NCBI GenBank assembly: GCA_046583315.1 | Contig: JAYGCN010000080.1 | Coordinates: 1 to 18,571, forward strand | Length of the DNA: 18,571 nt | Reading direction: 5' to 3' | DNA from: Candidatus Hydrogenedentota bacterium | GTDB taxonomy: Bacteria > Hydrogenedentota > Hydrogenedentia > Hydrogenedentales > GCA-2746185 | Program-made: the position numbers and the translations under genes | Part shown: positions 1 to 8,482 of the stretch, piece by piece | Numbering within the stretch: the stretch's first letter is position 1 | Layout: each line of letters opens with the position of its first letter | Notes under the pieces: model-generated | Database searches by the model: none | What the model was told of the DNA's origin: nothing | What the model saw: only the letters and a program-made list of their open reading frames with translations

Positions 1-1
1 T

Positions 2-160
2 ATTACGAACGAAGTATTGCCCGATGATCGCACGCACATCTTCGTGCCGGAGCGCACCGATATCGTTATCAACGACATTGCACTGGAACCTGCGGGTGTA
101 GAAGGTCGATATTTCCCTGAGCGCACGGCATCCGATGAAGAACAAGACACGGAAGACTGA
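2..160 (+). CDS. 3' end of an unidentified gene truncated by the window edge
   Basis: Frame 2 is open from the edge (ITNEVLPDDRTHIFVPERTDIVINDIALEPAGVEGRYFPERTASDEEQDTED*). Its TGA (158-160) overlaps the maf ATG as TGATG, typical of translational coupling. Family not recognised. Confidence 0.7.
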   Translation: MTNEVLPDDRTHIFVPERTDIVINDIALEPAGVEGRYFPERTASDEEQDTED

Positions 161-768
161 TGGACAAGCAACTCGTACTCGCCTCGAAGTCACCGCGCAG
201 GCAAGCATTACTCGAACAGCTCGGCCTCAGCGTCGAAGTCCGCGCGAGCCATGTCGACGAAACCGGGACGGGCACGCCTCCCGAAATCGCTCTGACGAAT
301 GCACAACTCAAGTGCGTCGCCGTAGCCGAGACATCCTGTTCCGATGAAATTGTTATCGCGGCCGACACAATTGTTGTGCATCAGGGCACGGTACTCGAAA
401 AACCCGCCACGCTCGACGAAGCGCGTTCAATGTTATCGCGGCTCTCCGGTGATACGCACGAAGTGCTCACGGCATTGGTCTTGTTCAACGGTTCGACCCA
501 CACGAGTTATGAAGCCGTCGAAATCACGGAAGTCACATTTCGCGAATTGACGCAACAGGAAATCGAACGGTTTGTATCCATCGTGAAGCCCCTTGATCGC
601 GCAGGTGCGTATACGGTGGACGGCCCAGGAAGCCTGCTGGTCGAACGTTACGATGGTTGCTACTACAACGTGCTGGGTCTGCCGCTGGCGCGCCTCAATC
701 ACTTGCTGTCCGACGCCGGATTCAATCTATTCGCAGCCATTGATCCGCTCAAAACACAGTTTCTATAA
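160..768 (+). CDS. maf: Maf-family nucleoside triphosphate pyrophosphatase
   Basis: LVLASKSPRR, IAADTIV, LEKP, LSGDTHEV, AGAY and NVLGLPL motifs; 202 aa. Confidence 0.95.
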   Translation: MDKQLVLASKSPRRQALLEQLGLSVEVRASHVDETGTGTPPEIALTNAQLKCVAVAETSCSDEIVIAADTIVVHQGTVLEKPATLDEARSMLSRLSGDTHEVLTALVLFNGSTHTSYEAVEITEVTFRELTQQEIERFVSIVKPLDRAGAYTVDGPGSLLVERYDGCYYNVLGLPLARLNHLLSDAGFNLFAAIDPLKTQFL

Positions 769-787
769 AGCAAAATCTACACCGCAA

Positions 788-818
788 TTGGATTACACAA
801 CCCCCGTACACGTATAAT
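788..818 (+). promoter_or_regulatory. Putative sigma70 promoter, probably giving a leaderless mRNA for the beta-CASP gene
   Basis: Perfect TATAAT at 813-818, 7 nt before the ATG at 826. The -35 is weak (TTGGAT at 788-793, 19-nt spacer). Confidence 0.55.
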
Positions 819-825
819 ACGGACC

Positions 826-2199
826 ATGTCCACCAATCCCGTACAGTTTACCTCGCTCGGGAGCGTAGGCGAAGTCGGCGCAAGTGCCCATCTGTTAACC
901 ATCGATGGCCGAACCATCCTCCTTGACTGCGGAATGCATCCCAGTAAAGAAGGGCGTTCAAAACTGCCTGACTTCTCCATGCTCAGCAAAGCGCCCGACG
1001 CCGTGATCATTTCTCATTCTCACATGGATCACTGCGGTGCATTGCCGTATCTGATGGATATTTTTCCTGACGTCGATGTTTATTGCACGCCACCAACGCT
1101 ACGCATCATGGAACGTATGCTGCACAACTGCGTATCCGTAATGGGCAAAATTCGTGAGGAACAAAACATCTGGGATTATCCCCTCTATTATCATGAGGAT
1201 GTCGATTTCGCCATCAAACGCGTTTACGACATCCCTATGTACCAGGAATTCGCCATCCATCCCAACAGCGACATCCGCATCACCTTCAGTAATGCCGGTC
1301 ACGTACTGGGTAGCGCATCGGTCACCATATCCACTCCCGATCACACCGTGTTCTACACAGCCGATATCTGCACCATTGATCAAGAGCTCATGCCCGCATA
1401 CACACCGCCGTTGAACCCTGACGACATTGACACGCTCATCATTGAATCCACCTATGGGGCCACCGAACACGCCGACACCATCGTCCACGAAGAGGAAATC
1501 GAGCGTTTCGGAAAAAGCATCAATGAAGTTCTTGAACTAGGAGGCACGGCACTCATTCCTTCCTTCGCACTGGGTCGCGCACAAGAGATTCTCAATATCG
1601 TGGCACGCCTTCAAGATGAGAATAAGCTTCCCATGGTACCCGTATATGCCTCCGGGCTCGGTCGTGCCATTTATGAAATTTACGACAAGTACTACGATCA
1701 CCTGCGTCCGGAAGCCATTCTGGTTCCACTCAATGACTTCGAAAATGTGGGCAACGTCTGGAAACCCGAAGTGGCCCGCGAAATCATCAAAGAGCCCTCC
1801 ATCATTGTCGCCACCTCCGGCATGATGATGGAAAACACCCCCTCCGCCATGATTGCTCAACAACTGGTACAAGACCCCAAGCACGGTATTTTCTTCACTG
1901 GCTACTGCGCCGAGGACACACTCGGCGCCAAGGTTAAGGCCGCCCAACCCGGGGACAAGATAATCTTCGAACTTGAAAACGAGGCGGTGGAAATCAAGCT
2001 AGACAACATTCAATCCTTCCACTTCAGTGCGCACGCCTCCCGTAAATCACTGAGTGATGTCGTCGATTCAATCCCCTCGAAAAACGTCATTTTCGTGCAT
2101 GGCGACCCGCCAGCACTCGAATGGATGGAATACAACACGGGACAGGGACGCAATAAGTTTGTGCCGTCTATCGGACAAACAATCCTTCTCGAAACCTGA
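826..2199 (+). CDS. MBL-fold beta-CASP ribonuclease (CPSF73/Ysh1-like)
   Basis: LLDCG, SHSHMDH (HxHxDH), AGHVLG, ESTYG, FALGRAQE, FSAHA and VHGD motifs all present; 457 aa. Confidence 0.9.
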   Translation: MSTNPVQFTSLGSVGEVGASAHLLTIDGRTILLDCGMHPSKEGRSKLPDFSMLSKAPDAVIISHSHMDHCGALPYLMDIFPDVDVYCTPPTLRIMERMLHNCVSVMGKIREEQNIWDYPLYYHEDVDFAIKRVYDIPMYQEFAIHPNSDIRITFSNAGHVLGSASVTISTPDHTVFYTADICTIDQELMPAYTPPLNPDDIDTLIIESTYGATEHADTIVHEEEIERFGKSINEVLELGGTALIPSFALGRAQEILNIVARLQDENKLPMVPVYASGLGRAIYEIYDKYYDHLRPEAILVPLNDFENVGNVWKPEVAREIIKEPSIIVATSGMMMENTPSAMIAQQLVQDPKHGIFFTGYCAEDTLGAKVKAAQPGDKIIFELENEAVEIKLDNIQSFHFSAHASRKSLSDVVDSIPSKNVIFVHGDPPALEWMEYNTGQGRNKFVPSIGQTILLET

Positions 2200-2201
2200 C
2201 C

Positions 2202-3134
2202 ATGAAACGGCTCTCGAAGCGATTCTCCAGATGGATGGTAGCAAGGCTGGCCATTTTCTCATTACGTTTCATGCGCTTGATCCCATTACCCATTGCGCGC
2301 AAGATCGCGCTGTTCCTCGTGCATCTGGGTTATTACTTTGTTCCGCGCATCCGACGCATCGGCATGAAAAATCTCGATATTGCGTTCAAAGACACGAAAA
2401 CGCGCTCCGAAAAAGAAGCCATTCTACGTGACTCGCTAAACAATGTCGGCTTGGTCGCTGCAGAAATGGCCCATTCCGATGTACTCTCGACGCCCCAGGG
2501 GAAAAGCCTCTACACCATCAAGGGTTTTAAACATCTCGACGCGACGAAGGGTGCCATCATGATCGGTGCACATCTGAGCAATTGGGAATGGATGGGCGGG
2601 CTTCTGGGTACCGTGGCACAGGGAGCTGCGGGCGTCGTTCGCCCCCTGGGCGATCCACTACTCAATGCCTATATCGATGCACGGCGCACGCGTCAAGGGG
2701 TGCGGACCATCGATAAGAATCATGCGGGAGCGGAAATCATTAGAGCCGTTCGAGACGGCTTATTCGTTGGGATTCTTGTTGATCAAAGTGCCCGTGAGAA
2801 CGGCGTCCCCGTACGATTCTTTGGAGAGCCCTGCTGGGCAACAATCGCTCCGGTCATGTTGGCCCTGCGCACCAAAGCACCGGTCCACCCCGTCTCAATG
2901 ACCCGTGACACAAATGGGCACTACACCATGGAATTTTTCCCCGCCATCCCGCTCGAACGAAAAGGTACGATTCACGAAGATCTCATCCGACTCACGCAGC
3001 GCTGCCAGGACGCGATTGAAGAGATGGTGCTCAAAACACCGGGTCAGTGGCTGTGGCTTCATGATCGATGGAAGCGTCGCGCAAAACTCGAGCGCGAGTG
3101 GGCCAATCGCGGGGTCAAGCTGGACTGGGATTAA
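2202..3134 (+). CDS. Lipid A late acyltransferase (LpxL/HtrB family)
   Basis: N-terminal membrane segment, catalytic H-x4-E (AHLSNWE), ILVDQ, VRFFG and PGQWLWLHDRWK; 310 aa. Confidence 0.9.
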   Translation: MKRLSKRFSRWMVARLAIFSLRFMRLIPLPIARKIALFLVHLGYYFVPRIRRIGMKNLDIAFKDTKTRSEKEAILRDSLNNVGLVAAEMAHSDVLSTPQGKSLYTIKGFKHLDATKGAIMIGAHLSNWEWMGGLLGTVAQGAAGVVRPLGDPLLNAYIDARRTRQGVRTIDKNHAGAEIIRAVRDGLFVGILVDQSARENGVPVRFFGEPCWATIAPVMLALRTKAPVHPVSMTRDTNGHYTMEFFPAIPLERKGTIHEDLIRLTQRCQDAIEEMVLKTPGQWLWLHDRWKRRAKLEREWANRGVKLDWD

Positions 3135-3150
3135 GTCTGAAGAGGGACCC

Positions 3151-3179
3151 TTGCACTGGAAGTTCAATCCAGATAGGAT
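3151..3179 (+). promoter_or_regulatory. Putative sigma70 promoter for the kinase gene
   Basis: TTGCAC (3151-3156) - 17 nt - TAGGAT (3174-3179) in the intergenic gap. Confidence 0.5.
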
Positions 3180-3205
3180 GAAGTCTCAACGCAAGGGTTT
3201 CTCAG

Positions 3206-5134
3206 ATGAGCCAACAGACCTGTACATCATGTGGACACAGCGACCCGTCCACTGAAAGCATTTGCTCCCAATGTGGAGCGCCGTATCCGGTCGACACAGG
3301 CTCGACGCGTCAAGCAACTACCCTTCGCCCCGGGGAGGTGCTCGCCAATCGATACGTGATCGAAAAAATGATCGGCAAAGGCGGCATGGGCTGCATCTAT
3401 CAGGTGCGCGACAATACGCTGGGCGAAACGGTCGCCTTGAAGACACTGCTGCCAGAATACGTAAAAGAAAAAGCCGTGGTGGAACGTTTTTTCAACGAAG
3501 CGCGAATTGCCCGCGGGCTTTCTCATCCCCATATCGTGCGTGTTCACGATATCGGGATCACGGATGGCATGGCGTATATTTCTATGGAGTTGTTACCGGG
3601 CCGGACGTTGCGCGCCATGCTCGACAAGGTACGTCCCGGACGTCGCATTCCACTCAACGCCATTTTGCGTATGTTCGATGCCCTGTGCGCCGCGCTCGAT
3701 TACGCGCACAGCTACACCATTCACCGGGACATCAAACCGGAGAACGTGATGGTGTTGCCCGATGGCACTATTAAGCTTATGGATTTCGGCATTTCTAAAC
3801 TCATGTCCAATCCGAATCTTACTTCGCCATCCATGGTGATGGGTACCCCTCACTATATGTCTCCCGAACAATTGAAGAACAGTGCGAACGTCGATGCGCG
3901 GGCCGACATTTACAGCGTTGGGATCATGCTCTACGAAGCATTAACCGGTGATATTCCTACCGGGCTCTCGCGCGAGAATGACACCCTTCGGGAGGTTCCC
4001 GCTGCACTGGACCCCATCATCGCCAAATGCTGCGACCGCGACCCCGCCAAACGCTACCAGACGGTGGCTGAACTACGGACGGCCCTACGTACGATTCGTA
4101 AACAAGTCGAAACATCGTCCCCCGAATCCACCCCCCAACCCCGAAAAAAGGGACTCGGTAGCGCATCGGGCTTGCTCAGAAAAGTTGCAGCGATCTTACT
4201 ATTGGGCCTGGTCGGAACAGGTACCTACACGCTGTGGAACAAAGCAGAAAGTCGGCGCATCGAATTGAACGCTGCGATAATTGCCGAACCACGCCAGGAA
4301 TCGATACAAAACAATAGTCTATCCTCCCCAAAGCCACCCCCAAGTCCTGATACTTTCGAAGACATGAGGCACTTGGCACAACGGGCCAAACAAAAAGCCT
4401 CTTCTGCGCTGCTGGCGATGGAGAACAGTGTTCACTGCGCGCAGGCAACCCGATGCCTTGAGGAAGCCGCAGCACACTGGGCACTCGCGCTTGAATCGGA
4501 GGACAGCGATCCAGGCTTGGCCTTCAACGAAGGTTGGCTCGCACTGCACCGATATATTGCCGTCACACGATGGCCTGAAAATATGGCCTTCATTCCTGAA
4601 CAACGAAAAAACCTTCAATCACAAGGGACGACGTATGCGTCTCCGTTCTTCGTCGATATCAACGAAGTCACAGCAGATAGTTTCAGTTTTTTTGGACAGG
4701 TGGAAAACTGGCGCTGGCCCGACGGAACTCTCTCCGGCGATCGACCGATGACCAATGCAACCTATTACGATGCCGTGGGGTACCTGAACAGTCTTATGCT
4801 GCCCAAAAAACTACCGACGCAAGATCAATGGAGGCGCGCGCTGGATCAACTGCGATCACCTGCTGAGTCTATGTCCGCCGACGAAACCTCGATCCCTGAC
4901 GCAACCATCGGTTGGTTCGGTACGCCCCTGGATGAATGGGCGCGTTCTGATTTTCGCGACCCTGACGCAACCCGTTGGTTCGGTCGGCCGATTCCGATAC
5001 TGGGTGTGACGGAAGATGGATACCCGGACGACGTCGAAGCAATGCGCTATGAACAGCGTAATCCCAGAGTGACCTTTCGCGGTGTCTGGGAGCTGCCCAC
5101 CACATTATCGGCGGTAGAAAATATGCTTCAATAG
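3206..5134 (+). CDS. Hanks-type membrane Ser/Thr protein kinase: N-terminal zinc ribbon, kinase, TM helix, C-terminal FGE-sulfatase-like domain
   Basis: CTSC...CSQC; GKGGMG, VALK, HRDIKPEN, DFG, GTPHYMSPE, DIYSVG; hydrophobic VAAILLLGLVGTGTYTLW. C-terminal FFVDINEVT, PMTNATYYDA, LPTQDQW, EW and FR match the spacing of FGE/SUMF1-fold motifs. Confidence 0.9.
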   Translation: MSQQTCTSCGHSDPSTESICSQCGAPYPVDTGSTRQATTLRPGEVLANRYVIEKMIGKGGMGCIYQVRDNTLGETVALKTLLPEYVKEKAVVERFFNEARIARGLSHPHIVRVHDIGITDGMAYISMELLPGRTLRAMLDKVRPGRRIPLNAILRMFDALCAALDYAHSYTIHRDIKPENVMVLPDGTIKLMDFGISKLMSNPNLTSPSMVMGTPHYMSPEQLKNSANVDARADIYSVGIMLYEALTGDIPTGLSRENDTLREVPAALDPIIAKCCDRDPAKRYQTVAELRTALRTIRKQVETSSPESTPQPRKKGLGSASGLLRKVAAILLLGLVGTGTYTLWNKAESRRIELNAAIIAEPRQESIQNNSLSSPKPPPSPDTFEDMRHLAQRAKQKASSALLAMENSVHCAQATRCLEEAAAHWALALESEDSDPGLAFNEGWLALHRYIAVTRWPENMAFIPEQRKNLQSQGTTYASPFFVDINEVTADSFSFFGQVENWRWPDGTLSGDRPMTNATYYDAVGYLNSLMLPKKLPTQDQWRRALDQLRSPAESMSADETSIPDATIGWFGTPLDEWARSDFRDPDATRWFGRPIPILGVTEDGYPDDVEAMRYEQRNPRVTFRGVWELPTTLSAVENMLQ

Positions 5135-5149
5135 CTGAATCCCATACAG

Positions 5150-5179
5150 TTGACACGCAATCAATCAATCATCTACCAT
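5150..5179 (+). promoter_or_regulatory. Putative sigma70 promoter
   Basis: TTGACA (5150-5155) - 18 nt - TACCAT (5174-5179), upstream of the 5257 ORF. Confidence 0.6.
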
Positions 5180-5256
5180 TAACTTGCTGGTAGGCGGGCT
5201 GCCTCGAAAAAATTCACCCGCGTTTTGAATTACATACGTGAATTGCAGGAGTTGTT

Positions 5257-5664
5257 ATGAGTCAGATGAAATGCCCACACTGTGAGTCGGAAAGACTTGG
5301 TCAGGCTCGCGTACCCAAGGGCGTTGTCGCGGTGATGCCGTGTCCTGCATGTTCTGAACTTGTCGTCCGATTCCGTCACAAAGCCATCGCGCTAAATAGA
5401 GACGTTCTGTTTCAGGGCTCCAAAGAGGAACGCAAATTGCACTTGGCCGATGTCATCGCCGAATTTATGGATGAGGATGTGCTGCAATTCGAAATGCTCC
5501 AGGCGGGAGAAGAACCGCAGAACCATCACCATGAATCTGAAGACGAGGTCGAAGCTTCGGAAAGTGATCTACCTCCGATTACTGAGGCCGAGCTGAATAA
5601 ATTCATCAACGTGGACCTCGAAAATCTCGATAACCTCAACTACTTCAAGAAACATCTGGAGTAG
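5257..5664 (+). CDS. Hypothetical protein with an N-terminal double CxxC (zinc-ribbon-like) and an acidic C-terminal half
   Basis: AGGAG RBS before the ATG; CPHC and CPAC; fills the gap between the kinase and rlmB; 135 aa. Confidence 0.85.
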   Translation: MSQMKCPHCESERLGQARVPKGVVAVMPCPACSELVVRFRHKAIALNRDVLFQGSKEERKLHLADVIAEFMDEDVLQFEMLQAGEEPQNHHHESEDEVEASESDLPPITEAELNKFINVDLENLDNLNYFKKHLE

Positions 5665-5670
5665 ATCGAT

Positions 5671-6396
5671 CTAGCGACTTGCCGTAATTCCAAACAGGGC
5701 GATACCTGTTGCAACGGCCACATTCAGGCTGTCCAATTTGTTTTCCAATGGGATAGACACCAGTTCGTCACACTGCTTGGCGACAATCGGTCGAATTCCT
5801 TTGGTCTCATTGCCGACCAACAAGGCTGTTCGTTTTGGCCAGTCGACTTCGGAGACATTTACCCTTGCCGCCGCGTCCATTCCATAGACCCAGAACCCCG
5901 CATCCTTCAATCGCTTTAAATCGTCTCCAAGTTTCGATGTCACAATGATGGGAATCTGAAATACGGTACCTGTACTCGCGCGCACGACACTGTCATCAAC
6001 GAGAGCCCCCTTGCGCACGGTCAGTATCACTGCCCCCACACCCGCACCAACGGCCGTGCGAATAATCATGCCTAGATTCTTGGGATGGTGAATCTGGTCG
6101 AGCACCAAAACAGTGGTCGTTTCAGGGCAATTTTCCAGGAAGGTTGTTAACTCGACGTACTCCACGGGACTTACCCGGGCGGCGATGCCCTGATGCTCCT
6201 GCGTGCGCGTCATTTCGTTCAATTTGGCTTGCGGCACAAAATCGAATTGAATGCCTAGCGATTTCGCCTCATCCAGAATGCGTTTACAGCCGGATGCGCG
6301 GGATTCTTTGGCCACATAAATGCGATTGATGGATCGAGCATTTCCGAGGGCTTCCTGCACCGGTTTGAGGCCAAATATAATTTCTGTGTCGGACAT
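5671..6396 (-). CDS. rlmB: 23S rRNA (guanosine-2251-2'-O)-methyltransferase, SPOUT/TrmH family
   Basis: IFGLKPVQEAL, HQGIAA, LDQIHHPKNLGMIIRTA, VGNETKGI and IPL...SLNVAVA motifs. Confidence 0.9.
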   Translation of the reverse strand: MSDTEIIFGLKPVQEALGNARSINRIYVAKESRASGCKRILDEAKSLGIQFDFVPQAKLNEMTRTQEHQGIAARVSPVEYVELTTFLENCPETTTVLVLDQIHHPKNLGMIIRTAVGAGVGAVILTVRKGALVDDSVVRASTGTVFQIPIIVTSKLGDDLKRLKDAGFWVYGMDAAARVNVSEVDWPKRTALLVGNETKGIRPIVAKQCDELVSIPLENKLDSLNVAVATGIALFGITASR

Positions 6397-6419
6397 GAAA
6401 AACGGCTAACCCCCTGATT

Positions 6420-6449
6420 TTGAACGATTTCGCGAAGCTGTGGTATCAT
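6420..6449 (+). promoter_or_regulatory. Putative sigma70 promoter (extended -10) for the ABC transporter
   Basis: TTGAAC (6420-6425) - 18 nt - TATCAT (6444-6449), preceded by TGn. Confidence 0.5.
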
Positions 6450-6517
6450 GTATATACTTCCTGTCCAGGAAATTCAATAGCATTCTGACCCTTTCCCGGT
6501 AACCTTTCAAAAGGCCT

Positions 6518-8467
6518 ATGGATACCTCCCAACTTACAGCTCAGGAAAAAGTCGAGCAATCGACCGTGAAAGCGGCGAATTTCTGGACGACCTACAGCCG
6601 CCTTCTCCGCTACATCCTTCATTACAAGGGTAAACTTGTGGCACTGGTGTTGCTTTCCTTCATCGCGGCGAGCGGTCTGGGTGCCATGCTCTTCGCGATC
6701 CCCTCCGGGATCGATGTGCTCTTCGAAGACGAGGATCAGTTGCCCGAAAAAATCGCCTATTACAAAGGGAAAGCTATCAGCCTGGATAATTCCATTGCCC
6801 AATATACCCCATGGGATGCCGATCTGCAGGCGCGCGTGGAGCCAACGATAATGGCAATGCGCGACAATCAAGGGTACGCACTTCGACTGCTGGCGGGCAT
6901 TGTCATCGGCATTACCCTGCTTGGTGGAATCGCACGCTATTTCCAGGAATATCTCGCCGGCATCATCAGCGCGGACGTGGCCATGCGCATCAGTCGAAAC
7001 ATGTACCAATCGGTAATCGGCCTCTCCCACGACTTCTTTGAGAGTCGCACAACCGGAGGCATCGTTGCGCGCTTCACGAACGATGTGGGTATGGTCAACA
7101 CGGGCCTGGCGAACGTATTTGTGCTCCTGTTCCGCGAACCCTTCAAAATTGTCGTGCTGCTCGGTGTCGCCTTTATCGCAAGCGCGAAAATCACCTTCGT
7201 CATCCTCTTCTTTATTTCTCCAATCATTCTCATCTTTCTCGTGGCCGCGAGACGCGTGAAACAGCGGGTTCGCTTTCAACTCGAGTACATCGCCCAGGTG
7301 GCGTCCGTATTAATGGAATCCATTCGCGGCATCACCGTCGTCAAATCCTTCCGTATGGAAGACACCGAAGAACGCACGATGATGCAGGCCTTGAAAAACC
7401 TGCGCAAACAGCAGATTCGTTTTGCGCGAATCGATGCGGCGGTAGCACCGGCAACCGAACTCGTCCTGGTATGCGCAACGGGTGGTCTTCTTTTTCTCGG
7501 GGAGCGACTCATTGCCTCAGAGGGACTTAGTGCAGGCGAACTCGTCGCATTGGCGGGTGCTATGATCGCCATCATCGATCCGATGCGAAAAATCGCGAAG
7601 ATGAACAACAAGGTGCAGGTCAGTGCGGCAAGTGCGGAACGCATATTCGAATTTATCGATCAGCAAGCGACCATCGTTGAGGCCGACGATGCTGTGAACA
7701 TTGGTGAAATTGCCACGGCGATTTCCTTCGACCACGTGGACTTCTCATACGACGGCCAAACGCCCGTTCTCAAAGACCTCACCTTCGAAGTTAAAAAAGG
7801 CGAAATGGTCGCGCTCGTAGGATTCAGCGGTGCCGGAAAAAGTACCGTGGCAAAACTGTTGCCTCGTTTTTACGACCCGGACTCCGGATCGATTTCGATT
7901 GACGGGGTCGACATCCGCAAGACAACCTTCGAAAGTCTCCGTGAACAAATCGGGTATGTGACTCAGGAAAACGTGCTGTTCAACCGCAGCATTCGGGAGA
8001 ACATCACCTTCGGCCGTGACAGCTATGATGACGACCGGGTGCGTGCAGCCGCGAAAGTCGCCCACGCCGACGGCTTCATAGAATCAATGAGTGATGCCTA
8101 CGATTCCTCCGTCAGCGAATCCGGCACGAACCTTTCAGGCGGTCAAAAGCAACGGATCGCCATTGCGCGTGCCATCGTAAAAGATCCCGCCATCCTCATT
8201 CTTGACGAAGCGACCTCCAGTCTCGACACAGAAAGCGAGGCGGCCATACAGGAGGCCATCGACGAATTCGTGGTGGGTCGCACGACGATTGTTATTGCAC
8301 ACCGACTCTCCACCATTCGCCGTGCCGATCGCATTGTCGTACTGAGTCACGGTGAGATCGCCGAACAGGGTACCCACCATGAGCTGCTTGAGCATGACGG
8401 CATCTACAGCCGACTCCACCGCCTACAATTCGCTGAAATGCCCGATCCCAATGACGAGGTCGCATAA
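6518..8467 (+). CDS. ABC exporter with fused permease and ATPase, MsbA-like (possible lipid A flippase)
   Basis: TM domain followed by Walker A GFSGAGKS, Q-loop VTQE, signature LSGGQKQR, Walker B ILILDEATS and H-loop IAHRL. Substrate is inferred, not shown. Confidence 0.9.
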   Translation: MDTSQLTAQEKVEQSTVKAANFWTTYSRLLRYILHYKGKLVALVLLSFIAASGLGAMLFAIPSGIDVLFEDEDQLPEKIAYYKGKAISLDNSIAQYTPWDADLQARVEPTIMAMRDNQGYALRLLAGIVIGITLLGGIARYFQEYLAGIISADVAMRISRNMYQSVIGLSHDFFESRTTGGIVARFTNDVGMVNTGLANVFVLLFREPFKIVVLLGVAFIASAKITFVILFFISPIILIFLVAARRVKQRVRFQLEYIAQVASVLMESIRGITVVKSFRMEDTEERTMMQALKNLRKQQIRFARIDAAVAPATELVLVCATGGLLFLGERLIASEGLSAGELVALAGAMIAIIDPMRKIAKMNNKVQVSAASAERIFEFIDQQATIVEADDAVNIGEIATAISFDHVDFSYDGQTPVLKDLTFEVKKGEMVALVGFSGAGKSTVAKLLPRFYDPDSGSISIDGVDIRKTTFESLREQIGYVTQENVLFNRSIRENITFGRDSYDDDRVRAAAKVAHADGFIESMSDAYDSSVSESGTNLSGGQKQRIAIARAIVKDPAILILDEATSSLDTESEAAIQEAIDEFVVGRTTIVIAHRLSTIRRADRIVVLSHGEIAEQGTHHELLEHDGIYSRLHRLQFAEMPDPNDEVA

Positions 8468-8482
8468 GCGCAAGGCATTAAG

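Noticed and set aside
826..2199. Beta-lactamase or defence nuclease reading of the MBL-fold gene
   Set aside because: The beta-CASP motifs and housekeeping context fit an RNA-processing nuclease.
6446..7279. 277-aa - strand ORF
   Set aside because: It lies antisense to the ABC transporter TM domain and has no protein-like motifs.
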